Assembly (NCBI GenBank): GCA_963841565.1
Contig: CAWJCY010000007.1
Coordinates: forward strand, 64,001-128,000
DNA from: an uncultured Nitrososphaerales archaeon
GTDB taxonomy: Archaea > Thermoproteota > Nitrososphaeria > Nitrososphaerales > Nitrososphaeraceae
Reading direction: 5' to 3'
DNA: 64,000 nucleotides
Below are positions 54,381 through 64,000 of this stretch, piece after piece. The notes below the pieces were generated by a model. It saw only the letters and a program-made list of their open reading frames with translations. It did no database searches and had not been told where the DNA came from. Position numbers and translations under genes: made by a program. The stretch's first letter is position 1; every line of letters begins with the position of its first letter.

Positions 54381-54920
54381 TTGATGAATATTGGAGTACC
54401 TTGTAGAAGAGGAATTCTGGACTGCGACGTGGACAAAACATTGCAGCCCTATTACGAACGCTGGCTCTGCAACCGAGATGGATTTGTCAAAGTTGACGAC
54501 TCATCCATAGATTTCATCGGAATGGAGGAGGTAATGAGAATGGGACCATTCTTTGACATCTTTTGTATATTAAAAAACCCAAGCTTAATTGATTCAGATC
54601 GAAATGCTCACGAGCTTGTGTCTTGTTACCCTCAGTTCATGTTTAGAAATGGAAAGATAGTCTCTCTGGGCTGGACCGGAGGATTGCTGTCTCACTATCT
54701 GGCAAGAGATGACGCTATATCTGACTCCATTGCTCGCATTCCTCCTGGAGAAGAATTTGCAAAATTATTCATTAGAGCTGCTGATTTCTGTTGCATAATT
54801 CAGACTCAGGTCTGGGAGCCATCGGGCCTTGTAACAGTTTATCCGTTGATAAATCAGATCGGAAGTAACATTAAGAATCTTTTAAAACTCGTTCACCTTG
54901 GCGAGGCGACTGAAATCTAA
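54381..54920 (+). CDS. Hypothetical protein
   Basis: 179-aa ORF; no recognised motif. Confidence 0.6.
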   Translation: MMNIGVPCRRGILDCDVDKTLQPYYERWLCNRDGFVKVDDSSIDFIGMEEVMRMGPFFDIFCILKNPSLIDSDRNAHELVSCYPQFMFRNGKIVSLGWTGGLLSHYLARDDAISDSIARIPPGEEFAKLFIRAADFCCIIQTQVWEPSGLVTVYPLINQIGSNIKNLLKLVHLGEATEI

Positions 54921-54963
54921 TTGGAAAACAGGGGCCAGAGTCCACCCGGAAACTAAAATAAAA

Positions 54964-55078
54964 CGCCAGCACTGCTGTTTCCCAACCGCTCACGCAGGTC
55001 AGTATTCAGCAGCAACGATAGGTTTGACTTCCGGGTTCGGAATGGGTCCGGGTCGCTCCCTTTCGCTATGGCCGGCTA
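54964..55078 (-). rRNA. rrf: 5S rRNA (stand-alone)
   Basis: Reverse complement reads GCCGGCCATAGCG...CCCATTCCGAACCCGGAAGTCAA...GGGAAAC...GCTGGC, with helix I closure. Confidence 0.95.
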
Positions 55079-55284
55079 AGAATTAGCGAGGCAGAAGGGT
55101 AAATTTAACCTTCCTATTGCCATGTGTTTCGCTCTTGTTCGTGGCTATAAAGATGGTTTTTCCAGCCAATTTCCCTGTGTGTTAGTTCTCATAATATGTA
55201 TTTGACTTGGCTTTATTGAAGACTCCTGTTCCATTGGTCACAAGGCATATAATACATTAAGTAGAAGCAAAAAGGCAATAAAAG

Positions 55285-57090
55285 TTGGGCGATCAAACAC
55301 AGAATACTCACAGAGTTGCGGTTTTGGATCAAGAACTATGTCAACCTAGAAAATGTGGCTTGGAATGCATAGTGTACTGTCCAGTAAACAAAACCGGCGG
55401 TGAGTGCATAATTCAGAGGCCATCAGATGGTAAGGCGCTTATATCCGAAGACCTCTGTACGGGCTGCGGCATATGCATAAAGAAGTGCCCCTTTGATGCC
55501 ATTGTCATTGTAAATCTAGCAAGCGAGTTAGGCCATGAGAAAATACATCAATATGGAGTAAATTCGTTTAGACTCTATAGGATCCCCACGTTGAAGAAGG
55601 GTTCAGTAGTGGGTCTGTTAGGTCGAAACGGGATGGGAAAGTCTACAATTGTAAATATATTGTCGGGCAATCTTAAACCCAACTTTGGCAAATACGAGTC
55701 AGAACCTACCTGGAACAAAGTAGTCGAAAACTTTCAGGGAACAGAAATGAAGGTTCATTTTGAAAAACTTGCATCGGGTGAAATTAAATCCTCCATCAAA
55801 CCTCAGTTGGTGTACTTAATACCAAAGGCATTCAAAGGCAAAGTTCGTGACCTCATTAAAAAGTACGATGAACGCAATGTCGCTGAAAGACTAATTCCAA
55901 GGCTTGGTTTGGATAGCGCAATAAGCAGAAATGTCGACGAACTGAGTGGTGGAGAGTTGCAGCGACTCGCTGTGATGATTGCAGTTTCCAAAGATGCAGA
56001 TTATTACTTTTTCGACGAGCCTTCTTCATATAACGATGTATATCAGAGATTGAGCGTTTCTAGAGTTATACAAGAGTTGGCAGGAGAAGGTAAAAGTGTG
56101 ATGGTAGTCGAGCACGATCTTACTCTTCTTGATTATCTGTCAGATAACGTTCATGTCCTTTATGGAGAGCCTGGGGCATATGGAATAACATCGTCCCTCA
56201 GAAGCACAAAAATAGGCATAAATAACTTTCTTGATGGGTATCTCCCCAATGAAAACGTTAGATTTAGGGAAAAATCCTACAAGTTTGACAGGACCAGCTC
56301 AGTGCAGGACTTGCTTATGGATGTGGCTGTAACTAGCTATTCTAACCTGGCCAAGTCATTCAAATCTTCTTTCAAGTTGACTGTCGCAAGCGGATCTCTA
56401 AGGAAAGGTGAGATAATCGGTCTGGTGGGAGCGAACGCATTGGGGAAAACAACTTTTATGAAAATGATTTCTGGGATGGAGAATCCTGATTCAGGATCCA
56501 TCAATACCGATGTAAAGATCTCGTACAAACCGCAATATTTGAGTCAAGAATATGAAGGAGACGTAAGATCTGTCCTTACTGCGTCGTACGGTAACGAGAT
56601 TGAGGGATCACTTTTGGAAGAACAGATAGTATTGCCTTTAGGAATAAAGAAACTCTACGAAAAGAGTATCCAACACCTCAGTGGGGGAGAACTTCAAAAG
56701 ATTGCAGTCGCGGCTTCCCTGATACGACCAGCGGATATTTATGCTCTTGATGAGCCATCTGCATTTTTAGATGTTGAAGACAGGATTGCTTTGGCTAAAT
56801 TTCTGCAGAGGTTCGTTCGAGCATATGGTAAGTCGGCAATGGTCATTGATCATGACGTTCAACTTATCGACTTGGTTTCAGACAGTCTGGTTATATTTCG
56901 GGGGGTTCCTGGTTCAAGTGGACATGCAACTGAGCCTCTTGCTAAGGAATTAGGTATGAACGAATTTTTAAAATCACTTAGCATTACATATAGACGAGAT
57001 CAGGAAACAGGACGCCCACGAGTAAATAAAGAAGGTAGCAGACTGGATAGGAACCAAAAGGATAGTGGTAATTACTATTATATTGAATAA
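55285..57090 (+). CDS. Ribosome recycling ATPase ABCE1/Rli1
   Basis: N-terminal FeS motifs (CQPRKC..C..YCP; CTGCGICIKKCP), two NBDs with LSGGELQ, terminal GRPRVNK. Confidence 0.96.
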   Translation: MGDQTQNTHRVAVLDQELCQPRKCGLECIVYCPVNKTGGECIIQRPSDGKALISEDLCTGCGICIKKCPFDAIVIVNLASELGHEKIHQYGVNSFRLYRIPTLKKGSVVGLLGRNGMGKSTIVNILSGNLKPNFGKYESEPTWNKVVENFQGTEMKVHFEKLASGEIKSSIKPQLVYLIPKAFKGKVRDLIKKYDERNVAERLIPRLGLDSAISRNVDELSGGELQRLAVMIAVSKDADYYFFDEPSSYNDVYQRLSVSRVIQELAGEGKSVMVVEHDLTLLDYLSDNVHVLYGEPGAYGITSSLRSTKIGINNFLDGYLPNENVRFREKSYKFDRTSSVQDLLMDVAVTSYSNLAKSFKSSFKLTVASGSLRKGEIIGLVGANALGKTTFMKMISGMENPDSGSINTDVKISYKPQYLSQEYEGDVRSVLTASYGNEIEGSLLEEQIVLPLGIKKLYEKSIQHLSGGELQKIAVAASLIRPADIYALDEPSAFLDVEDRIALAKFLQRFVRAYGKSAMVIDHDVQLIDLVSDSLVIFRGVPGSSGHATEPLAKELGMNEFLKSLSITYRRDQETGRPRVNKEGSRLDRNQKDSGNYYYIE

Positions 57091-57129
57091 TTTCCATTAT
57101 TGTTACTATTAATAGACTTTAGGCTTTCC

Positions 57130-57984
57130 ATGTCCACATTTCTGAAACGAGTAATGAGGAACAAGCTTGAAGAATCCGAGGTATCCAAACTTACATCTTC
57201 TTTTGATTCCATAGGTAGTATAGTGATCTTGAGAATCCCTGAGACATTGGTTGATAAAAGGCATATGATAGGGGACGCAATTTTGGACAGTATCAAGTCA
57301 GCGAGGTCGGTCTATATGCAAAACTCTCCGATAACCGGTGATCACAGAACTAGGAAACTCGAGTTAATTGCAGGAGATGACAATCCGGTCACTTTCTACA
57401 AGGAATACGGCTGCCGCTTTAAGGTTGATGTAGAACAAACCTACTTTTCACCTAGACTTTCTACTGAAAGATTTAGGATTGCAAACCTTACCTCTGAAAA
57501 TGAAGTCGTTACCAACATGTTCGCCGGTGTAGGAACATTTTCAGTAATCATCTGCAAGTATCGAAATGTAAAAAAGGTTTACAATATCGATATTAACCAA
57601 GCAGCTCACGAACTCTCAGTATTCAATTCTCGGCTGAACAAAATGGAACAGAAAATCGAGAGCCTCTGTGGGGATGCAAAGGACATAGCAAACTCTAACA
57701 TTAGTGGGAAGTCAAATAGAGTATTGATGCCTCTTCCCGAAAAGGCAAGATACTTTGTCAATGACGCAGTACACTGTTTGAAAGGAGAGGAGGGCATAAT
57801 TCATTATTTTCTACATGTAAGAGCAGATTCCAAGAAAATGGCCTTGGAAACTGGCAGGTTTGAGACTGATGACGCCTTCAGTGAATATTCACACGACATA
57901 AAATTCTTGCATGTAGTAAGAGAGGTAGGGCCACGCTTTTACCAATTAGTTTCGGACGTCTTGATCGGAAAGGGGATATTATAG
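57130..57984 (+). CDS. Trm5/Taw2 (Met-10+) family tRNA-modifying SAM-dependent transferase
   Basis: FDSIG.I, KEYGC.F.VD...YFSPRLSTER, NMFAGVG.F, RVLMPLP. Confidence 0.88.
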   Translation: MSTFLKRVMRNKLEESEVSKLTSSFDSIGSIVILRIPETLVDKRHMIGDAILDSIKSARSVYMQNSPITGDHRTRKLELIAGDDNPVTFYKEYGCRFKVDVEQTYFSPRLSTERFRIANLTSENEVVTNMFAGVGTFSVIICKYRNVKKVYNIDINQAAHELSVFNSRLNKMEQKIESLCGDAKDIANSNISGKSNRVLMPLPEKARYFVNDAVHCLKGEEGIIHYFLHVRADSKKMALETGRFETDDAFSEYSHDIKFLHVVREVGPRFYQLVSDVLIGKGIL

Positions 57985-57997
57985 TACTAGATATCTA

Positions 57998-58249
57998 CTA
58001 CCTGTCAGTTTTTCCTTCTTCGGTACTCTCCATTGAGACTGCGGTTGCCATCGTGTATCCCATCCAAGCTATAACGCCCACTATCGCTGCGACAAAACAG
58101 AGTAAAGTGAGCTTTAGCACGAGAATGTCATAGCTTGACAAAAGCAAAAGGTAAGTGTAGAAACTAAATCCTATCAAAGAGATTAACAAGATAAGTACTC
58201 CTAATCGATGCGAAGTCGACGATTTTTTCATATCTATGACGTCGCTCAC
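57998..58249 (-). CDS. Small two-helix membrane protein
   Basis: Two hydrophobic segments ending WMGYTMAT. Confidence 0.7.
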   Translation of the reverse strand: MSDVIDMKKSSTSHRLGVLILLISLIGFSFYTYLLLLSSYDILVLKLTLLCFVAAIVGVIAWMGYTMATAVSMESTEEGKTDR

Positions 58250-58277
58250 TCAGGGCTTAATTTACTTTTCATCAGAT

Positions 58278-58775
58278 TCAGTCCAATTCTAATGCCATGA
58301 GAAAGGCATCTTCTCCGTCACGATAATATGATCTTAGTCTAGATTTTTTGAAAAAACCTAGTCTCTCATACATGTTTATGGCGCTCTCATTACTAACACG
58401 TACTTCAAGGTATATTTCGTCGCCTCTCCGGCTTATCACCCCGTTGATCCCCTCAAGCATTAATGCCTTTCCCACGCCTTTTCCTCTATGCTCTTCAAGT
58501 ACCCCGACTGATACAACGTGTCCTTTCTTTACAAATCCAAGCTTCTTAAAGTTTGAAAAACCAAACTCGATCTTACACATGATATATCCAACCACACGTC
58601 TATTTAACTCAGCAACAACAAATGATTCAGGTAATTCCTTCAGGATGGATTCAAAGAAATAATCCGAATAATGTTCTGGCAAGGTCGTTAGGTTTACACC
58701 AATCACCTCACTAAGGTCCTCGCTTTGACAGCGGCGAATAATGTAGTCCCCTACCTGCCGCAGAGCTGATTGCAA
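58278..58775 (-). CDS. N-terminal acetyltransferase Ard1/RimI
   Basis: LPEHY, VGYIMC.IE, GHVVS.GV...RGKGVG, LEVRVSN, YYRDGEDA. Confidence 0.92.
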   Translation of the reverse strand: MQSALRQVGDYIIRRCQSEDLSEVIGVNLTTLPEHYSDYFFESILKELPESFVVAELNRRVVGYIMCKIEFGFSNFKKLGFVKKGHVVSVGVLEEHRGKGVGKALMLEGINGVISRRGDEIYLEVRVSNESAINMYERLGFFKKSRLRSYYRDGEDAFLMALELD

Positions 58776-58983
58776 TTCGTTAATCTAATCGCTGCACAAA
58801 TTATTTAACCTTATCAAACAGTGAGATTCGAGAGATGAATTTAGACAGGCAAATCTCGAAGCTGGCAGATGGTAGTCCTCAATGCTCTTTACAACTAAAC
58901 TGTGTTCTTTAAGGTACTCCCAATTGGCGGCACGAGAAGCAAAATCTATTACGCGTTCCTGCATGCAAATCTAGCTTCATTTT

Positions 58984-59655
58984 TCAAGTAGACTTGACGA
59001 CCGAAACCTCTCTTCCAAGATGCATAATGTTACTCATGATAATCGATACGATCAAACCGAAGAGAAAGCCGCCAATAGCGTCGGTAACATAGTGTTGAAT
59101 TAGTAAAATTCTAGTTAGTGCAACAATAAAAGGGAAGCCCCAGATTAGCCAACCAGTAGTCCTGGATTTCTTGTTCAGAGTATACCCGATTATGAACGCG
59201 AATGCAGTCGAAATCGCAACATGATTGGATGGGTACGAATAATCTCTGGACAGAGGAGAAAGAGTGTCCCCTTCTATCACAAATCCCTTAGTGTTATTTG
59301 ATAACATGAATGGAGACGGGTAAGCAGGGTTGTCCCTGGCCACAATTGGTTTGATATAGGTCAAAAGTATGACAGTCAACAGAATAGTGATTAGGAGAAT
59401 GAGTCCCTGTCTTCTGGTTCTTCTGATAATGCTAAGCACAATAGAGATTATGACTAGGGTCACTACATCTCCTAGCGACGTAACACCTATTGTCAACTTG
59501 GAAATCAAATCTGAATTTGGTTGAATACCTGATACATAAAGACTGATTGCCAGATCCATTTCAGCGGTCACTTGTGTAGCCACCAATGTAGTCAGTATGA
59601 CGAAAAGTACTATTACAATGACGAATTGGGGAGATCTGAGTTTAGGCACCCACAT
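58984..59655 (-). CDS. PAP2-family membrane phosphatase
   Basis: K....R..P, SYPSNH, TRI....HY.TD..GG. ATG 59655 preferred. Confidence 0.85.
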   Translation of the reverse strand: MWVPKLRSPQFVIVIVLFVILTTLVATQVTAEMDLAISLYVSGIQPNSDLISKLTIGVTSLGDVVTLVIISIVLSIIRRTRRQGLILLITILLTVILLTYIKPIVARDNPAYPSPFMLSNNTKGFVIEGDTLSPLSRDYSYPSNHVAISTAFAFIIGYTLNKKSRTTGWLIWGFPFIVALTRILLIQHYVTDAIGGFLFGLIVSIIMSNIMHLGREVSVVKST

Positions 59656-60028
59656 GGGCCACAGGTGTGCTAAATGCAAAATATTACCTTGATGACGATA
59701 AAGATGTAAGACCAATCTATTTTTTTCTTTCGTAACTTGGCATTGGAAACGAGCTCGTAATCGGATATTAGATGATCTGCTCTAGTTCTCTACTCCATTT
59801 TGTATAAGATTAAATTAAAAGAAGGTTGTTGATTTCACTTTCAGTTCTTCAGCTCTCTGGGCCGTGTCTACTGAGATGAGTTGGCGACGAAAACTAATGG
59901 TGGTATCTATATACGTTCAAATTGGTTCGTAATCGTCTCAAATTCCTATATGCTTTTCATTTATTATATCTTATATGCAAAAATAAATTCGATTATAGAT
60001 TGAGATATGTGTCCGTGTGTTGGACCAT

Positions 60029-60457
60029 TTAATAAAGCCTAGAGCCCTCACGGATCTCCTGAGCAGATTCAGGATCTTTTGATGCATAATATTCTACCAT
60101 ACCCATCTTGAGTACTTTTAGAGAAAGTAGTGCGCACTTTATTCTTGCTGGCCCTAGGTTTACCAGACCGATATTTTCGAGGATATCGTCCTTACCTAAT
60201 TCTTTAACGGATGTTAGCGGCTTGTTCATCACCATTTCGGTGAGCATTGATGCACTAGCCTGACTAATTGCACAACCTCTTCCCTCGAATTTGATGTCCT
60301 TGACAATGTTATCTTCAACTTTTAAATGAATGTCAATTTCATCTCCGCAAAGTGGATTGCTATCATGGAAGCTTGCATCCGCGTCAGAAATCCTCCCCTT
60401 ATTTCTAGGATTCCTATAATGATCAAGTATTATCTCCCTGTATATATCCTCGCTCAA
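60029..60457 (-). CDS. sufU: SufU/IscU Fe-S scaffold protein
   Basis: ILDHYRNPRN.G, NPLCGD, GCAISQAS, RIKCA. Confidence 0.92.
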   Translation of the reverse strand: MSEDIYREIILDHYRNPRNKGRISDADASFHDSNPLCGDEIDIHLKVEDNIVKDIKFEGRGCAISQASASMLTEMVMNKPLTSVKELGKDDILENIGLVNLGPARIKCALLSLKVLKMGMVEYYASKDPESAQEIREGSRLY

Positions 60458-61701
60458 AGTCCAAACAACCTCCGCGCACTTTGTAATGCGTCAATCAATA
60501 TATTAACCTCATCTTTTGAGTTATAAACATAGAAGCTAACCCTTGATGTAGCAGAAACATCCAGTCTTTCCATAAGGACCTGAGCACAATGATGTCCTGA
60601 CCTCATCGCGATGCCAAAATCGTTTAAGATAGTAGCCAGGTCATGAGGATGAATGTCACCCAAATTGAAAGAGATGACTGCACCTCTATCATTCATACCG
60701 TGTGGGCCATATATTGTGATGCCTTGAATCTCATTCATTCTCTCCAGGGCGTAATCAGTAATCTGCATCTCATGTTCTCGAATATTCTCAAACCCAAGCT
60801 CGTTTAGATAATCTATCGCCGCTCCAAAGCCTATGACGTCAGCAATGTTAGGAGTTCCTGCCTCAAATTTGTACGGTAGGTCATTAAATATTGTGTTCGT
60901 CTTATGGACTTCCTTAATCATATCTCCGCCTCCAATGAAAGGTGGCATCTCATCCAGAATTTCCCTTTTCGCATATAGGATCCCAACTCCAGTTGGACCT
61001 AGCATTTTGTGAGCAGAGAAAGCCATAAAATCGCAGTCAAGATCTTGAACATCGACTTTCATATGAGGCACTGACTGGGCCGCATCGATCATGATTGGCA
61101 CGTTCACTTCATGAGCAAGCTTCGTCATTTCCTTTACCGGCAAAATAGTACCTAAAACATTAGACATTTGGGAAATCGAAACCAATTTCAGTTTCGGATC
61201 ATGAACTTTTTGTTTAAAATCCTCAATGTCGATACGCCCATCATCTCCAACACCTAAATAATCCAAGGTTGCCCCCACTTCTCCAGTCACTAACTGCCAC
61301 GGCACGATATTGCTGTGATGCTCGATTTCAGTTATCAAGACCTTATTCCTTTTAGTCAGATGCTGGCGGGCCCAACACTTGGCTATTAAGTTTATTGACT
61401 CGGTCGCGTTTCTAGTAAAGACAATTTCGTCAGGAGACCTTGCATTGACTAACTTGGCAACCTTCAGACGAACCTCTTCATACGCAAATGTTGCCTCCTC
61501 TGCCAATTGATGGACCGCTCGGTGAATATTTGAATTATAATTCATGTAGTAATTGCTAATGGAGTCAATTACAGTTCTAGGCTTTTGCGTAGTAGCCGCG
61601 TTATCGAGATAGATTAGCTTATGGCCTCCCTTAATCCTTCTTTGAAGGATTGGAAAGTCCTGCCTTATCTTCTCAACATTTATGGTCGAACTCTGTAACA
61701 T
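60454..61701 (-). CDS. sufS: Cysteine desulfurase SufS
   Basis: YLDNAATTQKP, EHHSN, SAHKMLGPTG, RSGHHCA. Confidence 0.96.
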   Translation of the reverse strand: MLQSSTINVEKIRQDFPILQRRIKGGHKLIYLDNAATTQKPRTVIDSISNYYMNYNSNIHRAVHQLAEEATFAYEEVRLKVAKLVNARSPDEIVFTRNATESINLIAKCWARQHLTKRNKVLITEIEHHSNIVPWQLVTGEVGATLDYLGVGDDGRIDIEDFKQKVHDPKLKLVSISQMSNVLGTILPVKEMTKLAHEVNVPIMIDAAQSVPHMKVDVQDLDCDFMAFSAHKMLGPTGVGILYAKREILDEMPPFIGGGDMIKEVHKTNTIFNDLPYKFEAGTPNIADVIGFGAAIDYLNELGFENIREHEMQITDYALERMNEIQGITIYGPHGMNDRGAVISFNLGDIHPHDLATILNDFGIAMRSGHHCAQVLMERLDVSATSRVSFYVYNSKDEVNILIDALQSARRLFGL

Positions 61702-61949
61702 CTTACTACTTTTTCTCCTTCAGAGAGCGTCCTCAGATAAGCAATATCTCTTATGTCATATTTAAATGAGAGCACTCAGGCTCTACAGTATAAGGCTGTA
61801 ATAAAATTGCGAATTTCCTACCCTATTGTATTCATTACCGCTTTCAAATCAGACTCACCTCACCCGAGAAACAGGTCTTTTTTTGAAGCCATCTATGAGG
61901 CTCTACTCGGCAGGTTTAAATTGGAATATCAAGGAATTTATAATTCAAC

Positions 61950-62195
61950 GTGACAGTTGTCCTCTGGCGAGAACCTTGGCTCAAGCCGTTGACTGATATG
62001 GAAACAGGTACTGATATTTGTGCCGTCTGTAAAATAGGCTTTCAAATCATGGATTTTGTAACTTCTTGCGAATTCTGTTCCATAGGAGTTATCCATGATG
62101 GTTGCGCACGCGAACATATTCTTCGCGAACACAAATCATTGTTGGATAGAAAGGTATTGTTGCACAGGGATAAGAGACTGCATGACTATCAATAA
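61950..62195 (+). CDS. Small Cys/His-rich putative zinc-binding protein
   Basis: CAVC, CEFC, HDGC, H..REH pattern. Confidence 0.7.
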   Translation: MTVVLWREPWLKPLTDMETGTDICAVCKIGFQIMDFVTSCEFCSIGVIHDGCAREHILREHKSLLDRKVLLHRDKRLHDYQ

Positions 62196-62201
62196 GCCAG
62201 T

Positions 62202-63221
62202 TTAGTTGTTCGAATATTCTAGTTCGCACTCTTTGTACAACCAGCATTTTACATATCCCGTTTTAGTTTTGAATAGCGGAGGATCCTGTAAGCATAGGTC
62301 CATAGCGTGAGGACACCTTTCGTAAAATCTACATCCCTTCAATTCTGAGGCCAAGTCTGGAGGATTACCTTTGATAGAGTCTATCTTGCTGTAGGTGGAA
62401 TGTATTTTGGGTATAGCCTTAATCAAAGCCTGAGTATATGGATGCCTTGGATTGACGAGCAGTTCCGATGATGAAGACAATTCTACTATTTGCCCAGCAT
62501 ACATTATCCCTATCTTGTCGGCGATCTCAGAAATCAAAGAAATATCATGGGTTATCATTACAATGTTCATGTTTCTTTCAGCTTTGAGTTTCTTCAGCAA
62601 ATTCATTATTTGCGCCTGCACAAGGACATCTAAAGCAGTCGTAGGTTCGTCTGCAATGAGAATGAGGGGTTGTAGTAGGAGAGCCATGGCTATAACAACA
62701 CGTTGCTTCATCCCTCCGCTTAACTCGTGAGGATATCTATTGGCAACCGATTTGTCAAGTCCAACGTCCGTAAGCGCCTGATATGTTAATTGTTCAAAAT
62801 TACCTTTAATCTTGTGCTCTTGCATGAGCTCACGCAACTGTTCGGAGATTCTGTAGACGGGATCTAAGCTGTTCATGGCACCTTGGAATACTACCGCAAT
62901 TTTTTTCCATCTCATTTCACGATTAAAATAACTCTCCGATAGATTGAGCACATTTTTTCCATTAACGTATATTTTTCCTCTTACTATTCTACCAGGAGGA
63001 TTTACTGAACGTATTATCGCGGCCCCTAAAGTACTCTTCCCCGAGGCTGACTCACCGACAATGCCAATCGACTCATTACCGCATATTTCAAATGAAATGT
63101 CATCGACAGCTTTAACCATACCTCGATTAGTGAAATAGTAAACCTGAAGGGCTTCTACTTTTAATCTAGAATCTGCAAAGTTCAACGACGAGTCGTTTGA
63201 TTTAGGCGCGCCTTGTGACAA
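62202..63221 (-). CDS. Peptide/nickel ABC transporter ATP-binding protein (DppD/OppD)
   Basis: GESASGKS, YPHELSGGMKQR, ADEPTTALD, HPYT, GCRFYERC. Confidence 0.93.
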   Translation of the reverse strand: MSQGAPKSNDSSLNFADSRLKVEALQVYYFTNRGMVKAVDDISFEICGNESIGIVGESASGKSTLGAAIIRSVNPPGRIVRGKIYVNGKNVLNLSESYFNREMRWKKIAVVFQGAMNSLDPVYRISEQLRELMQEHKIKGNFEQLTYQALTDVGLDKSVANRYPHELSGGMKQRVVIAMALLLQPLILIADEPTTALDVLVQAQIMNLLKKLKAERNMNIVMITHDISLISEIADKIGIMYAGQIVELSSSSELLVNPRHPYTQALIKAIPKIHSTYSKIDSIKGNPPDLASELKGCRFYERCPHAMDLCLQDPPLFKTKTGYVKCWLYKECELEYSNN

Positions 63222-63242
63222 TCAATAGATACGAGGGGTAAG

Positions 63243-63400
63243 TGCCATATGAACCGTACAACCTTTTCTTAACCTCTTAACTCTGCCGAACGGCAAACCA
63301 TGCCTTTTTCCATTTCACGAAGTAACGTCGCTGTATCGTTGGGGCATGGACAAATCTTCATCAAGTCTAAACCATAGGTTCAAGGGTACGGGACATAACA
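63243..63400 (-). ncRNA. Candidate ~160-nt structured RNA or leader upstream of dppD
   Basis: On the minus strand: nested closing helices TGTTATGT/ATATGGCA, CCGTAC/GTACGG, AACCT/AGGTT; inner CCATGCC/GGCATGG stem; TTTGCC-GTTC-GGCAGA hairpin. TTTATTAA box ~30 nt upstream. Confidence 0.45.
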
Positions 63401-63532
63401 TTAAGGGATGGTTGATAAGTACGCGCCTTTAATAAACCAGTAAGCTGTAGACTGTACGCTCAAATGTACCGCATCAGAACTCAACATGCCAACAGGTTAT
63501 ATTACAGAAATGATAATTAACCAAAGTTTCTG

Positions 63533-64000
63533 TTGAAAACTCCTATTTGCTTGTTTGATGCAAAGACCGGTATCCTGTGTTCGAAGTGCGATTCAAAGCT
63601 AACTTCGGGTCAGCTTAACCAAGCAGCCGTGTACTCCTCTATCAAACTAGCGAAGTTGGGAGAGAAGGACCAAGAGATCAACAAATTTACATTAGTTGGT
63701 TCTCACAAGGTTGATGATGATTATATTCTCTTCTTAAGAACTTCGGATATCATTACTATAAGAAGTAACCCATCTATTGTCAAAAAATTTGCAGGTGAAT
63801 TCAATGCCAATATTTGGTTTGTAGAAGCTGAAGGGACTGATAGGAGATTTATGGAAAACCTCTTTTACCCTCAACGAATCTTGAATATGAATTTAATTTG
63901 GCTACCGGATGGTAATAAATTGACTAGGGTAATAGTAAGTCAAGAATCGGCTAATAGGTCAAGTTTCCCACTTGACGTGGAAAAAATCAGGAAGGTCGCC
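63533..64000 (+). CDS. Archaeal NusA-like (NusA2-type) KH protein, partial (runs off window); absent from the ORF track
   Basis: Hand translation from TTG: MKTPICLFDAKTGILCSKCDSKL...NLIWLPDG; frame open to the window end. Confidence 0.8.
   Translation, partial: MKTPICLFDAKTGILCSKCDSKLTSGQLNQAAVYSSIKLAKLGEKDQEINKFTLVGSHKVDDDYILFLRTSDIITIRSNPSIVKKFAGEFNANIWFVEAEGTDRRFMENLFYPQRILNMNLIWLPDGNKLTRVIVSQESANRSSFPLDVEKIRKVA

Noticed and set aside
54898-55086. 62-aa ORF in the track
   Set aside because: It is the antisense reading of the 5S rRNA gene.

Overview
This is a core-genome segment of an ammonia-oxidising archaeon (Nitrososphaerota, most likely soil Nitrososphaerales). The assignment rests on a type IB topoisomerase, an ADP-forming 3-hydroxypropionate-CoA ligase-type gene, a stand-alone 5S rRNA, a transketolase-N/Rpe fusion, cofG/cofH, and many apparently leaderless TTG/GTG starts. 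Most of the window is housekeeping: trpS, pheST, KEOPS kae1/bud32, ychF, taw1, rps13/rps4, glmS, pentose phosphate genes, ABCE1, sufS/U and two geranylgeranyl reductases, plus tRNA-Met(CAT), an intron-containing tRNA-His(GTG) and 5S rRNA. Eight genes are split by extra bases, always insertions and including essential genes, which points to sequencing error rather than real pseudogenes. The most interesting locus is 9.4-11.8 kb. A translationally coupled ycaO-tfuA (thioamidation-type) pair is divergently transcribed from a 57-aa ORF missing from the ORF track. That ORF resembles an NHLP-clan RiPP leader but has no core peptide, and it converges on a promoter-bearing ~85-nt structured RNA candidate ending in ACA-U4. 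Other leads are a ~160-nt structured RNA upstream of dppD, a PurF homologue lacking its catalytic motifs, a Zfx-type ferredoxin that has lost its Zn histidines but gained a C2HC module, tandem AAA+/vWA pairs, and a repeat-expanded secreted protein. All family calls come from motif recognition by eye; no searches were run.
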